A stretch of DNA of 64,000 bases, from NCBI GenBank assembly GCA_036517255.1, contig DATDXE010000014.1, forward strand, positions 9,994 to 73,993, given 5' to 3'. Positions 1 through 10,727 of the stretch are shown in pieces. Under the pieces are notes generated by a model. The model was not told where the DNA came from. It did no database searches and was given only the letters and a program-made list of their open reading frames with translations. Made by a program: the position numbers and the translations under genes. The first letter of the stretch is position 1, and every line of letters starts with the position of its first letter. This DNA comes from Minisyncoccota bacterium (GTDB lineage Bacteria; Patescibacteriota; Minisyncoccia; Phycocordibacterales; WO2-35-19).

Positions 1-1611
1 ACCAAAAGACACTTTTCTATATACGATAGAGATGATTCAAAAAGAGCAGTACGAGAAGCTCTGAAGGAGATGGGCCTAGACAGCAAAGAGTACGAGCCGG
101 GTAAAATCCTTTCTATAATTTCAAGAGAGAAGGGTAATATGGTATCAGTAAATGAATACAAAGAGAGGGAAAGAGGAGATTATATGGGAGGAATAGTGGC
201 AGAAGCCTGGCAAAAGTACGAAAAAATTTTAAAAAAAGAAAACGCCTTCGATTTTGACGACCTACTCGCAGTGGCTGCAAAATTATTGAAAGAAAATGAA
301 ATAGTAAGAAAAAATTATGCAAAAAAGTGGCAATACATTCATGTAGATGAGTACCAAGATACAAACGAAGTGCAGTACCAAATTGCTAAGTATTTAGCCC
401 AAGAACATAGAAATATATGCTCTGTTGGCGACGGAGATCAAAATATATATTCATGGCGGGGAGCAAATATAAAAAACATATTGAACTTTGAAAAAGATTA
501 TCCTGAAGCAAAAATAGTGGTGCTAGAGGAAAACTATCGTTCGACCCAAACCATACTGGCCGTAGCCAACAGGGTAATAGAGAAAAATAAACTACGCCGC
601 AAGAAAGTGCTTTTTACTCAAAACCTAATGGGGGAAAAGATAGGTCTTTTCGAAGCTCTAGATGAAAACCACGAAGCACAATATATAGTGAATAAAATAA
701 AAACCTTAGTAAAAATAGGAACACCTTTAAACGAGGTTGCTGTTCTTTATCGAGCAAATTTTCAATCACGAGCCCTTGAAGAAGCCTGCCTAAGAGAAGG
801 ACTTCCTTATCAAGTGGTGGGAACAAGATTTTACGATAGGAAAGAAGTGAAGGATGTCCTTTCTTTTATTCGTTATGCATTGAACCCGGAAAGTACAGCT
901 GATCTGGTGCGTGTTATAAACGTGCCAGCAAGAGGCATAGGAAAAGTAACTCTTTTGAAAATAGTAGAGGGAAAAGAAAATGAACTTCCAATAAAAATAA
1001 AAGAAAGGGTTTGGCAATTTAGAAAAATAATGGAAAAAATAAAAGAAAGCGCTATGACAAAAAAACCCTCCGACACTGTAAAGTATGTGGTCGAGGCAAG
1101 CAAGATGGGAGAATCGTTAAGTAAAAGTGAAGAAGATATTGATAGACTAGAAAATTTGAAAGAATTGATTGTTTTGGCCAAAAGATATGATGAGTTGGAA
1201 GGGGAGGAGGGAATAGAGAGATTTATAGAGGACATTTCTCTGGCTTCTGACCAGGACGGTATAAAAGAGAACGAGGCGGTAAGACTAATGACGGTACACG
1301 CCTCAAAAGGACTGGAGTTCGATTGTGTATTTATATCTGGCCTTGAAGAAGGTTTGTTCCCGAGCGATAAAAATAGAAACGATAATGTGAGTGAAGAAGA
1401 GGCTGAAGAAGAAAGAAGACTATTTTATGTAGCGGTAACAAGGGCGCGCAAAAAACTCTTTTTGACCTATGCCCAAAGTCGCACTATTTTCGGTAGCCGA
1501 GGAGTAAACATACCTTCAGAATTTATATTCGATGTGGATGAGACCTTTATAGAAAGAGACTACTTAGATTTTACTCCGAGGAGAAAGCCTTTATTAGAAA
1601 TAGAATTTTAA
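1..1611 (+). CDS. pcrA: UvrD/PcrA superfamily 1 DNA helicase (5' end outside window)
   Basis: Frame open from base 1; motifs VDEYQD, VGDGDQNIYSWRGA, LEENYRS, MTVHASKGLEF, EERRLFYVAVTRA. Confidence 0.95.
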   Translation, partial: TKRHFSIYDRDDSKRAVREALKEMGLDSKEYEPGKILSIISREKGNMVSVNEYKERERGDYMGGIVAEAWQKYEKILKKENAFDFDDLLAVAAKLLKENEIVRKNYAKKWQYIHVDEYQDTNEVQYQIAKYLAQEHRNICSVGDGDQNIYSWRGANIKNILNFEKDYPEAKIVVLEENYRSTQTILAVANRVIEKNKLRRKKVLFTQNLMGEKIGLFEALDENHEAQYIVNKIKTLVKIGTPLNEVAVLYRANFQSRALEEACLREGLPYQVVGTRFYDRKEVKDVLSFIRYALNPESTADLVRVINVPARGIGKVTLLKIVEGKENELPIKIKERVWQFRKIMEKIKESAMTKKPSDTVKYVVEASKMGESLSKSEEDIDRLENLKELIVLAKRYDELEGEEGIERFIEDISLASDQDGIKENEAVRLMTVHASKGLEFDCVFISGLEEGLFPSDKNRNDNVSEEEAEEERRLFYVAVTRARKKLFLTYAQSRTIFGSRGVNIPSEFIFDVDETFIERDYLDFTPRRKPLLEIEF

Positions 1612-1623
1612 TATACTAAAAAC

Positions 1624-2424
1624 ATGAGAGTAAAAAAACATTTGGGGCAAAATTTTTTAAGAGATCCTAAAATTTTAAAGAAAATCGTAGATTTTGCAGA
1701 AATCAAAAAAACAGACACTGTACTCGAAATAGGACCAGGAGAGGGTACTTTGACTAAAATTCTTTTAGAGAGAGCGGGCAGGGTAATCGCTGTGGAAAAA
1801 GATCATGAGCTAGCGGAAAAATTAAAGGAAAGATGGAAAGATTTAAAGAAGGAAAGAAAATTGGAAATATTAGAAGGAGATATATTAAAATTTCCGACTA
1901 GCATTACCAAGGGTCACCCTTGGCCTGAATCCACTTGGCCAAAGGTGACCCTTGGTAATTACAAACTCATAGGTAACATCCCTTACTACATAACTGGGGA
2001 AATATTTAGAAAATTTTTAGAGAGTGAACACCAACCTCAATCAATAACATTTGTGGTACAAAAAGAAGTGGCAGAAAGGATAATGGCTCGGGACAAGAAA
2101 GAAAGTATTTTAAGCATATCTATAAAGGCATTCGGTACTCCTGAATACGGAGGAGTAATAAAAGCGGGTTCTTTCGTACCGGCTCCTAAGGTGGATTCGG
2201 CTATCATCGCGATAAGAAACATAAGCATGGAAAAATTTAAAGAAGTAAAGATAGAAAAGTTCTTTGAAATACTTAAAAAGGGCTTCGCACATAAGAGAAA
2301 GTTACTTAAGAGTAACTTGAGTGTAGAAGATGCCGATCTACACCAATGTGGTATTCCAGTAAAAGCCAGGGCTGAAGATTTAAATATTGATGACTGGATT
2401 TGTTTGTCAAAAAGACTGATATAA
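1624..2424 (+). CDS. rsmA: 16S rRNA m6(2)A dimethyltransferase RsmA/KsgA
   Basis: KKHLGQNFL, VLEIGPGEG, GNIPYYIT, PAPKVDSA motifs. Confidence 0.95.
   Translation: MRVKKHLGQNFLRDPKILKKIVDFAEIKKTDTVLEIGPGEGTLTKILLERAGRVIAVEKDHELAEKLKERWKDLKKERKLEILEGDILKFPTSITKGHPWPESTWPKVTLGNYKLIGNIPYYITGEIFRKFLESEHQPQSITFVVQKEVAERIMARDKKESILSISIKAFGTPEYGGVIKAGSFVPAPKVDSAIIAIRNISMEKFKEVKIEKFFEILKKGFAHKRKLLKSNLSVEDADLHQCGIPVKARAEDLNIDDWICLSKRLI
1903..1959. repeat. 57-bp in-frame palindromic insertion in rsmA
   Basis: ATTACCAAGGGTCACCCTTGGCC / GGCCAAAGGTGACCCTTGGTAAT, 23-bp arms with 1 mismatch, 11-nt loop. Confidence 0.85.
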
Positions 2425-2431
2425 TTAGTAA

Positions 2432-3280
2432 ATGCCGAGTCGTAAAGTCATATCACTGTTCATTGTTTGTGTTGCCTTAGTGGTATCTATTATTATTGCT
2501 TCAGGAATCAAAAGCCCATCTACTATCGCTTTAAACACAGGCCTCTTATCAAAAGGGCCAGAAATAAATTTGCCTCAAAATACAAACTGGGAAGGAGACG
2601 TTTCCGCTCTTTCCTTAGCAGAAGTTAACGTTTCCGAAATACAAAAATCCTCTACTGGCAATACAACTGACGCTATCGCAGAGTCTCTTATGTCAAATTA
2701 TCTTGCCTTGCGACAAAATGGGGAATTAAATAACGGATCAGTACAAAAATTAATAGACCAAGCATCAGATTTCAGTGACGATACTGGCGCTACAAAAAAA
2801 ACATACTCAAGTAAGGACATTGTGGTTTCGGTCGACAATAGCAAAGAAGCAACAAAAGAGTATGGCACAGCACTTGGTAATATATTAAAAATAAATAACT
2901 CTAGTCAGAAAGGTCGGGCGGAACTACAGGCGTTTAGAGAACTCACTTCAACAAAAGATATCTCAAAAGGAAAGGAATTAAAAATAATAGGTGAGGATTA
3001 CAAAAAAATAGCCCAGAGCTTTGCAAAAATTAAGGTGCCATCTTCTTACGTAGAGTCACATTTAATATTCATTAATAGCATAGAAGGCCTAGGTGGAGCT
3101 GTAAATGATATGGCTAAAGTTTTAGAAGATCCAATAAAAGGTCTTTCTGGAATCGGAATATACCAGAGCAACCTTTCGATCATGCTATTAGAGATGAATA
3201 GAATAAGGGTAAAAATATTGAAAGATGGGGTCGTTTATAAACAAGGAGAACGTGGTTATTACCTATATTACGGAATATAA
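2432..3280 (+). CDS. Membrane-anchored hypothetical protein of the T4SS-like locus
   Basis: 282-aa ORF with N-terminal TM helix; operonic context. Confidence 0.7.
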   Translation: MPSRKVISLFIVCVALVVSIIIASGIKSPSTIALNTGLLSKGPEINLPQNTNWEGDVSALSLAEVNVSEIQKSSTGNTTDAIAESLMSNYLALRQNGELNNGSVQKLIDQASDFSDDTGATKKTYSSKDIVVSVDNSKEATKEYGTALGNILKINNSSQKGRAELQAFRELTSTKDISKGKELKIIGEDYKKIAQSFAKIKVPSSYVESHLIFINSIEGLGGAVNDMAKVLEDPIKGLSGIGIYQSNLSIMLLEMNRIRVKILKDGVVYKQGERGYYLYYGI

Positions 3281-3299
3281 TGAATAAGAATCAAGAAGT

Positions 3300-4583
3300 A
3301 TGAACCAAGAATCAAGAAAAATAATCGCCAATTTTTTACTTTTTTCTGTGATTGGTATATCACTTTCACCTCTTTTTACAAGAAAAGCAGAGGCTCAGTG
3401 GGTAGTATACGATCCAGCAAATTTTGCTGTCAATGCCATGACAGCGGCAAACACTACGGCCAACACATGGGGTAAAGAGTTTGGTCTAGACACCATCGCC
3501 TTCATTATCATCAACATGATAATCGAAAGAGTAGCTGCTTCCACAGTCAACTGGATAAACAGCGGCTTCCAAGGAAGCCCCGCTTTCGTTACCAACCCTG
3601 AAGCCTATTTCAAAAAAATAGGGGATCAGGTGGCAGGACAACTGATTTTTAACCACCCCGATACCCGTTTTATGTGTGCTCCGTTCAAAGCTCGGGTACA
3701 AATTGCTCTTTCCCAGGCTTACCTCAACCCATTTGGCAATTTCCAATGTTCTCTTTCGAGAGTAGTGAGAAATTTTGATAATTTTATGAATGATTTTTCC
3801 GATGGAGGATGGGAGGGATTCATCGAATTAACACAGAATAGCCAAAACAATCCTCTTGGAAGTTTTAATCAACGAATGAATCAGATCAATCTTTCAGTAG
3901 GAAACAGCCTAGGCCAAGCCAACAAAGAACTTGACTGGGGGAAAGGATTTTTGTCGTTTAGAAAACCTTGTACTAAACTGAACGAGTTTGAAAGCAGAGA
4001 GTTTTTGACTGATGAGCAGTATGACGCACTACCATGTTTGGACAGCCCACCGATCGAAACACCGGGGAGTGTAGTCGAAAGCCAACTCAATCAAACCCTT
4101 CAGATTGGTAATAGTAGGCTACAGGTGGCAGATGAAATAAATGAAATAATAAGCGCTCTTTTGAACCAACTTGTGGGCAAGGCTTTGGGAGGATTACTTT
4201 CACTCGGCAAACCTGACCCCTCAAATGCAAATAGCCAAAGTTATCTAGAACAACTGCAAACAGCGACAGAAAACAACGATGCCGACCCTTATTACAATAC
4301 GAGTAACAACAATAGGATAAGAGATCTAAGCACAAATATAGAAAACCAGACAACGAACCTTGGAAATTCACTCGACTCAGCAGAAGATATCGGAAATTCT
4401 GTTTTCGGAGGAAATTATGTTCCCCCACCTGACACAAGCGGTTTCGGCGCAGGAACTGGTGAGACCGGGGGAAATGGAGGGTCGGGTAACACTGTCACTC
4501 TGCCTGACGGCACGGTAGTAAATTGTGCTAGCCCACAAACAGAGCCTGGTCTTGCGGCCTGCATAAGCGCAGGAAAGATATAA
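3300..4583 (+). CDS. Secreted protein with TrbJ/VirB5-like N-terminus
   Basis: Signal peptide ending AEA followed by QWVVYDPAN, resembling the VxDPxN start of TrbJ/VirB5; lies upstream of the VirB6-like gene. Confidence 0.5.
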   Translation: MNQESRKIIANFLLFSVIGISLSPLFTRKAEAQWVVYDPANFAVNAMTAANTTANTWGKEFGLDTIAFIIINMIIERVAASTVNWINSGFQGSPAFVTNPEAYFKKIGDQVAGQLIFNHPDTRFMCAPFKARVQIALSQAYLNPFGNFQCSLSRVVRNFDNFMNDFSDGGWEGFIELTQNSQNNPLGSFNQRMNQINLSVGNSLGQANKELDWGKGFLSFRKPCTKLNEFESREFLTDEQYDALPCLDSPPIETPGSVVESQLNQTLQIGNSRLQVADEINEIISALLNQLVGKALGGLLSLGKPDPSNANSQSYLEQLQTATENNDADPYYNTSNNNRIRDLSTNIENQTTNLGNSLDSAEDIGNSVFGGNYVPPPDTSGFGAGTGETGGNGGSGNTVTLPDGTVVNCASPQTEPGLAACISAGKI

Positions 4584-4586
4584 AAG

Positions 4587-6848
4587 ATGTCAAAAAAACT
4601 GATTACAATTTTGTTCCTGACACTAACACTAGGAGTATCTTTTTCTCCAATGTTTTCGAATAATGTTACTGCACAACTTACTGAAGAACAGCAGGCAATT
4701 CTGGAAAGGGCTGGAAGATCAGAAAGAGGGCAGCTAACTCAGGAAGAGTCAGCAGATCTAGAAAGTTTGTCGGCCAGAGGTAATTCTAGCTGCGATCTAT
4801 TACTTAATTTTAATGCCTGCGTAAAACAATTTTTAAGTGGATTAGCAGAGCTCCTGCTTACAATCGGAGCTTTGATACTTGCACTAGCTGGAAATATTTT
4901 TAATCTCGTCTTGAGCTTTACCATAGTAGAGTTTGCGGGCCAGATAAATAACGCAGAGGGACTAGGCGGAGCTATAAATAGCGCCTGGAGCACACTAAGA
5001 GACATCGGAAATATTATTTTCATTTTCGTACTCCTCTGGGCAGGCATACAAACTATCCTTGATATTGGTGGGGATTTGAAAAAAACAATAGTAAACATAA
5101 TACTTATCGGCCTTATAGTAAACTTCAGCCTTTTCATTACCAAAGTAGTAATAGATACCTCCAATATTGCGGCAGTCGGATTTTATAATTCGATCATGAA
5201 TAGCGGAGAGGCTGGAAGAACAGTACCGACAATAACATTGGCCGGAATAGATTTTGAAACAAGAGATTTTGCTGGAGTTTTTCTTCGTTTTACCGGAGTT
5301 CAGAGTTTTTTTAAAGCAGATATTCTAACTGGGGCAAATGATGACATATGGGGGAAAAAACCTTTCGTCACCGGCATACTGGGCATGATAACCATGATAG
5401 TCATGGCTATAGTTCTTTTTGTCGCAGCCATTATGTTCCTGGCAAGATTTATCATACTTCTATTCCTGATGATTTTGTCCCCTGTGGCTTTTATTGCTTT
5501 CATATTGCCAGCAATGAGAGGCAAGTTTAAAGAATGGTGGGACACACTAATAAGCCAGGCGTTTTTTGCACCATATTTTATGATCCTGATTTGGGTAGCA
5601 TTCAAAGTAATGGCTGGAGCAAGTGGAGCAATAGGAACACGAGAACAGAGCTTTGCTGGTATAGCCAATTCACCTTTTAGTGCCATCGGCCTTGTGTTCA
5701 ATTTTGCTTTAGTCATGGGCCTCACCATCATGGCCCTGGTCCTCTCCAAACAACTAGCCGGCAAAACCAAAGGCTTTGGAGCTGTTGCGGGATTTGTGGG
5801 TGGAGCCACTATCGGTGTCGCAGGCATGGCCGCAAGACAAACTGTGGGTAGGGGATCAAGAATGTTGTTAGACAGTAAATACAAAGACAGATTAGCAAAA
5901 ACATCATACGGAAGAGGTGCGTTGTGGATTGCGAATAAAGGACAAAAATCAAGTTTCGATGTAAGAGGAATTTCTGACTCTAAACTAGGGAAGGCAACTG
6001 GAGCTAAAAACTTACTCGGTGGGATAGGAGATATGAGTGGTAAAGATGGCTACAAAAAAGCTGTGGAGGATAATGCAAAAGCAAAAGCTCAATATGCTAA
6101 AGATGTTTATGGTTCCACAGCACAAGAAGAAAAAGCTCATAAAGACGCAAAAGAAAAAACTAAAGAAACAAAAGAAACTTCGGCAGAATCATACAAGAAT
6201 GCTAAAGGTAAAGAAAAGAGCGAGGCTCAAAATAGTGTGAACGAAGCAGAAAACAATAAGAAAAAAATAGAAATACTAGTAAAAGAAAAGAGAGAAGCTC
6301 ATGAAAAATTAGGAGTTGTAGCTGGTAGCCCTGCCGAAATAGCGGCAAAGAAAGAACTGGACGAAGCAAATGTAAAACTTGCCGAAGCTGAAACAAAACG
6401 AGCGGAAGAAATGGAAAAGAAAACTAAAATAGACGAAGGTAATTATTCTGACGCGACAAAGGAACTCGGAAAAGTAGCAGAAGAAGCTGAAAAAGCATGG
6501 AAAAATCTCAAGTCAGCAGGGGAAGCAAGAATGCGAGAATTTGCCGATAGAGTAGAAAAGAAAAACAAAATAATGGGTAGAGCCGCTATGGGAGGAATAA
6601 TAGGAGGAGTAGCGGCCGGACCACTTGGAGCTGCAATAGGAGCTGCCCTTGGAGGAGTGGTGGGAGCTGCAATCAAACAAGGGGTACGAGGCAACATAGA
6701 GGCGGCAAGAGCAATTAGAAAGGCGGCGGGAGGTAAAACAGAAGAAGAAGAGGCGGCAGAGATTTTGAAAAAATTGGATAAGAAAAAGAAAGAGGCAGAA
6801 GGAAAAAGTGATGAAGATAAAGGTGAGGCAAAACCTAAAGAAAGTTAA
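4587..6848 (+). CDS. VirB6/TrbL-like polytopic membrane protein with charged C-terminal tail and glycine zipper
   Basis: Multiple TM helices, WSTLRDIGN and LSPVAFIAFILP segments, T4SS context. Confidence 0.65.
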   Translation: MSKKLITILFLTLTLGVSFSPMFSNNVTAQLTEEQQAILERAGRSERGQLTQEESADLESLSARGNSSCDLLLNFNACVKQFLSGLAELLLTIGALILALAGNIFNLVLSFTIVEFAGQINNAEGLGGAINSAWSTLRDIGNIIFIFVLLWAGIQTILDIGGDLKKTIVNIILIGLIVNFSLFITKVVIDTSNIAAVGFYNSIMNSGEAGRTVPTITLAGIDFETRDFAGVFLRFTGVQSFFKADILTGANDDIWGKKPFVTGILGMITMIVMAIVLFVAAIMFLARFIILLFLMILSPVAFIAFILPAMRGKFKEWWDTLISQAFFAPYFMILIWVAFKVMAGASGAIGTREQSFAGIANSPFSAIGLVFNFALVMGLTIMALVLSKQLAGKTKGFGAVAGFVGGATIGVAGMAARQTVGRGSRMLLDSKYKDRLAKTSYGRGALWIANKGQKSSFDVRGISDSKLGKATGAKNLLGGIGDMSGKDGYKKAVEDNAKAKAQYAKDVYGSTAQEEKAHKDAKEKTKETKETSAESYKNAKGKEKSEAQNSVNEAENNKKKIEILVKEKREAHEKLGVVAGSPAEIAAKKELDEANVKLAEAETKRAEEMEKKTKIDEGNYSDATKELGKVAEEAEKAWKNLKSAGEARMREFADRVEKKNKIMGRAAMGGIIGGVAAGPLGAAIGAALGGVVGAAIKQGVRGNIEAARAIRKAAGGKTEEEEAAEILKKLDKKKKEAEGKSDEDKGEAKPKES

Positions 6849-6851
6849 AGC

Positions 6852-7376
6852 ATGAACAGCGAAACAGAAAAAATAATAGAGGAGCGCTTTACTCAACTAC
6901 CTAATACTTTGAGTGATTTTGTGGCAAATAAGGATTGGCGATCTACGGTAAATAGGATTGGGGAACAGAGTGGAATATCAGAAGAAAAATTACTGAAGTT
7001 ACGAAATGAGGTATTTATGGTATTACTCTGTTTCGAAAATTGGCAAGATTTAAAAAAAAATATAGTCGACAACCTTTTAATTGAAGATAGCACCGCACGC
7101 AAAATTACTGATTCCATAAATGGTTCAATTTTAGGTTCAGTCATGAAAGAAATTAAATCAGTTTGGGCTGAAATTCAAAAAGAACCTACGGAAGTAAAAT
7201 CCTACGACTCGTTTGAACAGACTATATTGAGACAAGCGCAGGCGATGAGGCCGATAGGGGAGAGAATCATGAATCAAGAGGCTAGTATCAAGAATGGGAC
7301 AGAAGAACAACAAAGAAGAGAGTTGCCAAAGCAATATGTTGGGAACAACGACCCGTATAGGGAATCGATCGAGTAA
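6852..7376 (+). CDS. Hypothetical protein ending in DPYRESIE
   Basis: 174-aa ORF in the operon. Confidence 0.7.
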   Translation: MNSETEKIIEERFTQLPNTLSDFVANKDWRSTVNRIGEQSGISEEKLLKLRNEVFMVLLCFENWQDLKKNIVDNLLIEDSTARKITDSINGSILGSVMKEIKSVWAEIQKEPTEVKSYDSFEQTILRQAQAMRPIGERIMNQEASIKNGTEEQQRRELPKQYVGNNDPYRESIE

Positions 7377-7402
7377 TTATGCTATAATTATAGATGTAGA
7401 AG

Positions 7403-7603
7403 ATGATTTTAAACAAGGAACAAATCGATACTACATCAAAGTATTTTTCTGATATTTCTAAAGTTCTTTTTGCTTCTATTGTCATCGGGTACTTCATCCA
7501 TTCAGAATCTGTTAGTGTAACCTTACCAGCTTTTGTTTTCGGATCTATTATTAGTGTGGCGTCATTCCTCTTCAGTATAAAAATGTTAAGCCATAACAAA
7601 TAA
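7403..7603 (+). CDS. Small two-TM membrane protein
   Basis: 66 aa, hydrophobic; TATAAT upstream. Confidence 0.6.
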   Translation: MILNKEQIDTTSKYFSDISKVLFASIVIGYFIHSESVSVTLPAFVFGSIISVASFLFSIKMLSHNK

Positions 7604-7605
7604 TC

Positions 7606-7686
7606 ATGAACTTACTTACCATATACATAGTGATAGGAATTATTTTGACAATTATTTTTATAATCGCCATGAAGGCTAAAAAATAG
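7606..7686 (+). CDS. 26-aa single-TM microprotein
   Basis: MNLLTIYIVIGIILTIIFIIAMKAKK; starts 2 nt after the preceding stop. Confidence 0.5.
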   Translation: MNLLTIYIVIGIILTIIFIIAMKAKK

Positions 7687-7687
7687 T

Positions 7688-7768
7688 ATGGAACTAAACT
7701 ATATAATTGCCTCTGCTGTAGTCATAATTATGTTGCTTGTAGGTTTCTTTTATAAAGGAGGGCACTAG
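7688..7768 (+). CDS. 26-aa single-TM microprotein
   Basis: MELNYIIASAVVIIMLLVGFFYKGGH; starts 1 nt after the preceding stop. Confidence 0.45.
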   Translation: MELNYIIASAVVIIMLLVGFFYKGGH

Positions 7769-8187
7769 GCTCCAGAGGTTTTATCGTTTTCTTCGGCTTT
7801 GCGAACATCGAGGCTCCAGGTCAGGTCTTTCAATTTACTATTTGAAAGATGAGGAACTAGAAGCTCTACAGGAGTAGAAGGAGCTATTTTGTTTTCATTT
7901 TCTTTTTTAGGTATTTTCTTCCAAATATAAAGCTTTTCACCAAAAAAATATCGAATCATAGCTTCAAGTTGTAAAACGAAAGGTTGATTGTTGGGCTTAT
8001 AAAAGGCCAGGGCAATAGAGAGAGCAATAAAAGGAGCGGCTAAGACAAAAGCCAGGAATTTCGGAAGTAAGGTAATGAAGACAACTAGGACACCCACCCC
8101 TCCAGCAAGATAAACAAATTGCTTGATGGTAAGAGGGCCAAAAATTTTATCTTCAACATCGATAAATTGGGGCACTTGGAATCGCAT
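7765..8187 (-). CDS. PrgI family (VirB3-like) protein
   Basis: VPQFIDVEDKIFGPLTIKQF motif plus two TM helices. Confidence 0.85.
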   Translation of the reverse strand: MRFQVPQFIDVEDKIFGPLTIKQFVYLAGGVGVLVVFITLLPKFLAFVLAAPFIALSIALAFYKPNNQPFVLQLEAMIRYFFGEKLYIWKKIPKKENENKIAPSTPVELLVPHLSNSKLKDLTWSLDVRKAEENDKTSGA

Positions 8188-8223
8188 ATAACAATTATAC
8201 TAACATGTGATAAAATTTAATAC

Positions 8224-8859
8224 ATGCCAGCTGTCAAAAGCAATGCGACTCAAAACTTCGTACCTATAGAGGACATCCGGGAAGGGGTCATCACGCTAAA
8301 CAATGGGGGAATGGTGGCCATTGTCATGGCTTCTTCTCTAAATTTTTCCCTTAAATCAAATGATGAAAGGCAGGCCATATTGCTCCAGTTTCAAGATTTC
8401 TTAAATTCCCTCGATTTTTCAGTCCAAATTTTTATCGAGTCGCGCAGACTCGACATCAGACCTTACATCGCTCTCCTTGAGGAAAGGTATAAGGCCCAAA
8501 CAAACGACCTGATGAAAATACAAACGGAGCAATACATAAATTTTATAAAGAATTTTACCGAATCGACCAGTATTATGACTAAAAACTTTTTTATCGTCGT
8601 ACCTTATGGCGCAGCTATAGTGAACACTTCCCAAAGTATATTCAGTTTCTTTGGAAGCAGTGGTAAAAATGAAAAGGAAAAATCAGAGAGTGCTTTCAAA
8701 GAAAATAAAATCCAGCTAGAACAAAGGATATCGGTAGTGGAACAGGGACTGGTACGCTGTGGCATAAGAGTAGCCAGACTCGGAAACGAAGAAGTGGTCG
8801 AATTATTTTATAAAATATTCAATCCAGGCGAAACGGAAAAGCCTATCAAAACTGGCTAG
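8224..8859 (+). CDS. VirB4/TraC N-terminal-like protein
   Basis: TQNFVPIEDIREG, NFSLKS, FLNSLDFSVQI; immediately upstream of the VirB4 ATPase. Confidence 0.7.
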   Translation: MPAVKSNATQNFVPIEDIREGVITLNNGGMVAIVMASSLNFSLKSNDERQAILLQFQDFLNSLDFSVQIFIESRRLDIRPYIALLEERYKAQTNDLMKIQTEQYINFIKNFTESTSIMTKNFFIVVPYGAAIVNTSQSIFSFFGSSGKNEKEKSESAFKENKIQLEQRISVVEQGLVRCGIRVARLGNEEVVELFYKIFNPGETEKPIKTG

Positions 8860-8892
8860 CCAGTTTTGATCAGAATAAAGAATTACGAATCA

Positions 8893-10713
8893 ATGTTTGA
8901 TTTTTTAAAGAAAAAACAAGGGGAGAGAGAAGAAGTATCGACATCGATACTGCCGTCGGGAGTATACGAGGCTTCTTCATTGGAGCTGAGAGACGTAATA
9001 GCCCCGAGTGCTCTCAAAGTTACTCCTAAAGAACTATCTTTGGGAGAAAAAATAGTGAGAAGTTTCTTTGTCATTTCCTACCCACGATTTCTGGGGGAGG
9101 ACTGGTTTTCACCAATCATAAACCTTGATCGAGTATTCGATATTTCTATATTCGTCCACCCGCTCGAAACATCAAAAATACTTCGCTCATTTCAAAAAAA
9201 GGTAGCTGAAGTACAAAGCCAGATACGAAGCAGGGAAGAAAAAGGCCTAGTGCGTGACCCAATGCTCGACACTGCCTATCAGGACCTAGAGAGCCTGCGC
9301 GATCAGCTACAGCAAGCCCAGGAAAAGATGTTTGACGTGGGAGTATACATATCGATATACGCCGATTCGTCGGACGAGTTGGATAAAATAGAGTCAGAAA
9401 TGAAATCGATACTCGAATCAAAGTTGGTATATGTAAAACCAGCTCTTTTCCAACAGGAACAAGGTTTCCGAAGTGTATTACCTATAGGGAGCGATGAACT
9501 TTTAGTACACTCAAAATTAAACTCCACTCCACTTTCATCACTCTTTCCTTTTATTTCCTTCGATCTCACCTCGGATAAGGGCATACTATACGGAATCAAT
9601 CGCCACAACTCATCCCTAGTGCTCTTCGATCGCTTCTCTCTGGAAAATTATAATTCGGTCATATTCGCAAAATCAGGTTCCGGTAAGTCATATATGACTA
9701 AACTGGAAATTTTGAGAACTCTCATGTTCGACGCTGATGTCATAGTGCTCGACCCGGAAAGAGAATACGAATATATGGCCGAAGCTGTAGGAGGCAGGTA
9801 TTTCAACATATCTTTAAACTCCGACCACCACATAAACCCATTTGAATTACCGATACCAGCTGAAGATGAGTCAAGTGCTTCCGTACTTCGATCGAACATC
9901 ATAAACCTGGTAGGTCTTTTCAGAATCATGCTAGGAGGCCTCACGGCCGAGGAAGATGCTTTGATCGATAGAGCCATCACCGAAACATATGCACTGAAAG
10001 ATATCACTCCCGATTCTGATTTCAGATCGGTGGAGCCACCACTCCTTTCTGACTTTGAGCTAGTGCTCGGCGGTATGGAAGGAGGTGAGTCGCTTGCCCA
10101 GAGAATTTCAAAATATACAAAAGGTACCTGGTCAAACTTCATCAATAAACCATCGAATGTCGATATAAACAAAAAATTTATCGTTTTCTCTCTGCGTGAC
10201 ATGGAAGACGAGCTGAAACCGGTAGCTATGTACATCGTCACTCACTACATATGGAACGCCGTGCGCAGAGATATAAAGAAGAGACTCTTGGTAATCGACG
10301 AAGCTTGGTGGATGATGAAAAGTGACGATACGGCTTCTTTCCTACTCAGTATGGCAAAAAGAGGTAGGAAATATTACCTGGGGCTTGCCACTATCACTCA
10401 AGACGTGGACGACTTTCTCAAGTCGCCTTACGGTATGCCCATTGTAACCAACTCATCTATACAGGTGCTCCTGAAGCAGTCAGCCACCTCAATGGATCGC
10501 CTGCAAGAAGTATTTAACCTCACTGATGAAGAAAAATACTTGCTTCTGGAGTCAGGAGTAGGGGAAGGCATATTCTTTGCCGGCTTGAAGCATGTAGCTA
10601 TAAAAATAATCGCCTCGTACACGGAAGATCAAATAATAACCTCTGATCCTTCTCAAATACTTGCCATCAAGAAGGCGAAAAAGGAATTGGAAGAAGCGGG
10701 GACAACAAAGTAA
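8893..10713 (+). CDS. virB4: VirB4-like T4SS ATPase
   Basis: Walker A AKSGSGKS, LDPEREY, INPF, Walker B IDEAW, RKY..L..ITQD. Confidence 0.9.
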   Translation: MFDFLKKKQGEREEVSTSILPSGVYEASSLELRDVIAPSALKVTPKELSLGEKIVRSFFVISYPRFLGEDWFSPIINLDRVFDISIFVHPLETSKILRSFQKKVAEVQSQIRSREEKGLVRDPMLDTAYQDLESLRDQLQQAQEKMFDVGVYISIYADSSDELDKIESEMKSILESKLVYVKPALFQQEQGFRSVLPIGSDELLVHSKLNSTPLSSLFPFISFDLTSDKGILYGINRHNSSLVLFDRFSLENYNSVIFAKSGSGKSYMTKLEILRTLMFDADVIVLDPEREYEYMAEAVGGRYFNISLNSDHHINPFELPIPAEDESSASVLRSNIINLVGLFRIMLGGLTAEEDALIDRAITETYALKDITPDSDFRSVEPPLLSDFELVLGGMEGGESLAQRISKYTKGTWSNFINKPSNVDINKKFIVFSLRDMEDELKPVAMYIVTHYIWNAVRRDIKKRLLVIDEAWWMMKSDDTASFLLSMAKRGRKYYLGLATITQDVDDFLKSPYGMPIVTNSSIQVLLKQSATSMDRLQEVFNLTDEEKYLLLESGVGEGIFFAGLKHVAIKIIASYTEDQIITSDPSQILAIKKAKKELEEAGTTK

Positions 10714-10727
10714 ACTGACTAAAATAA

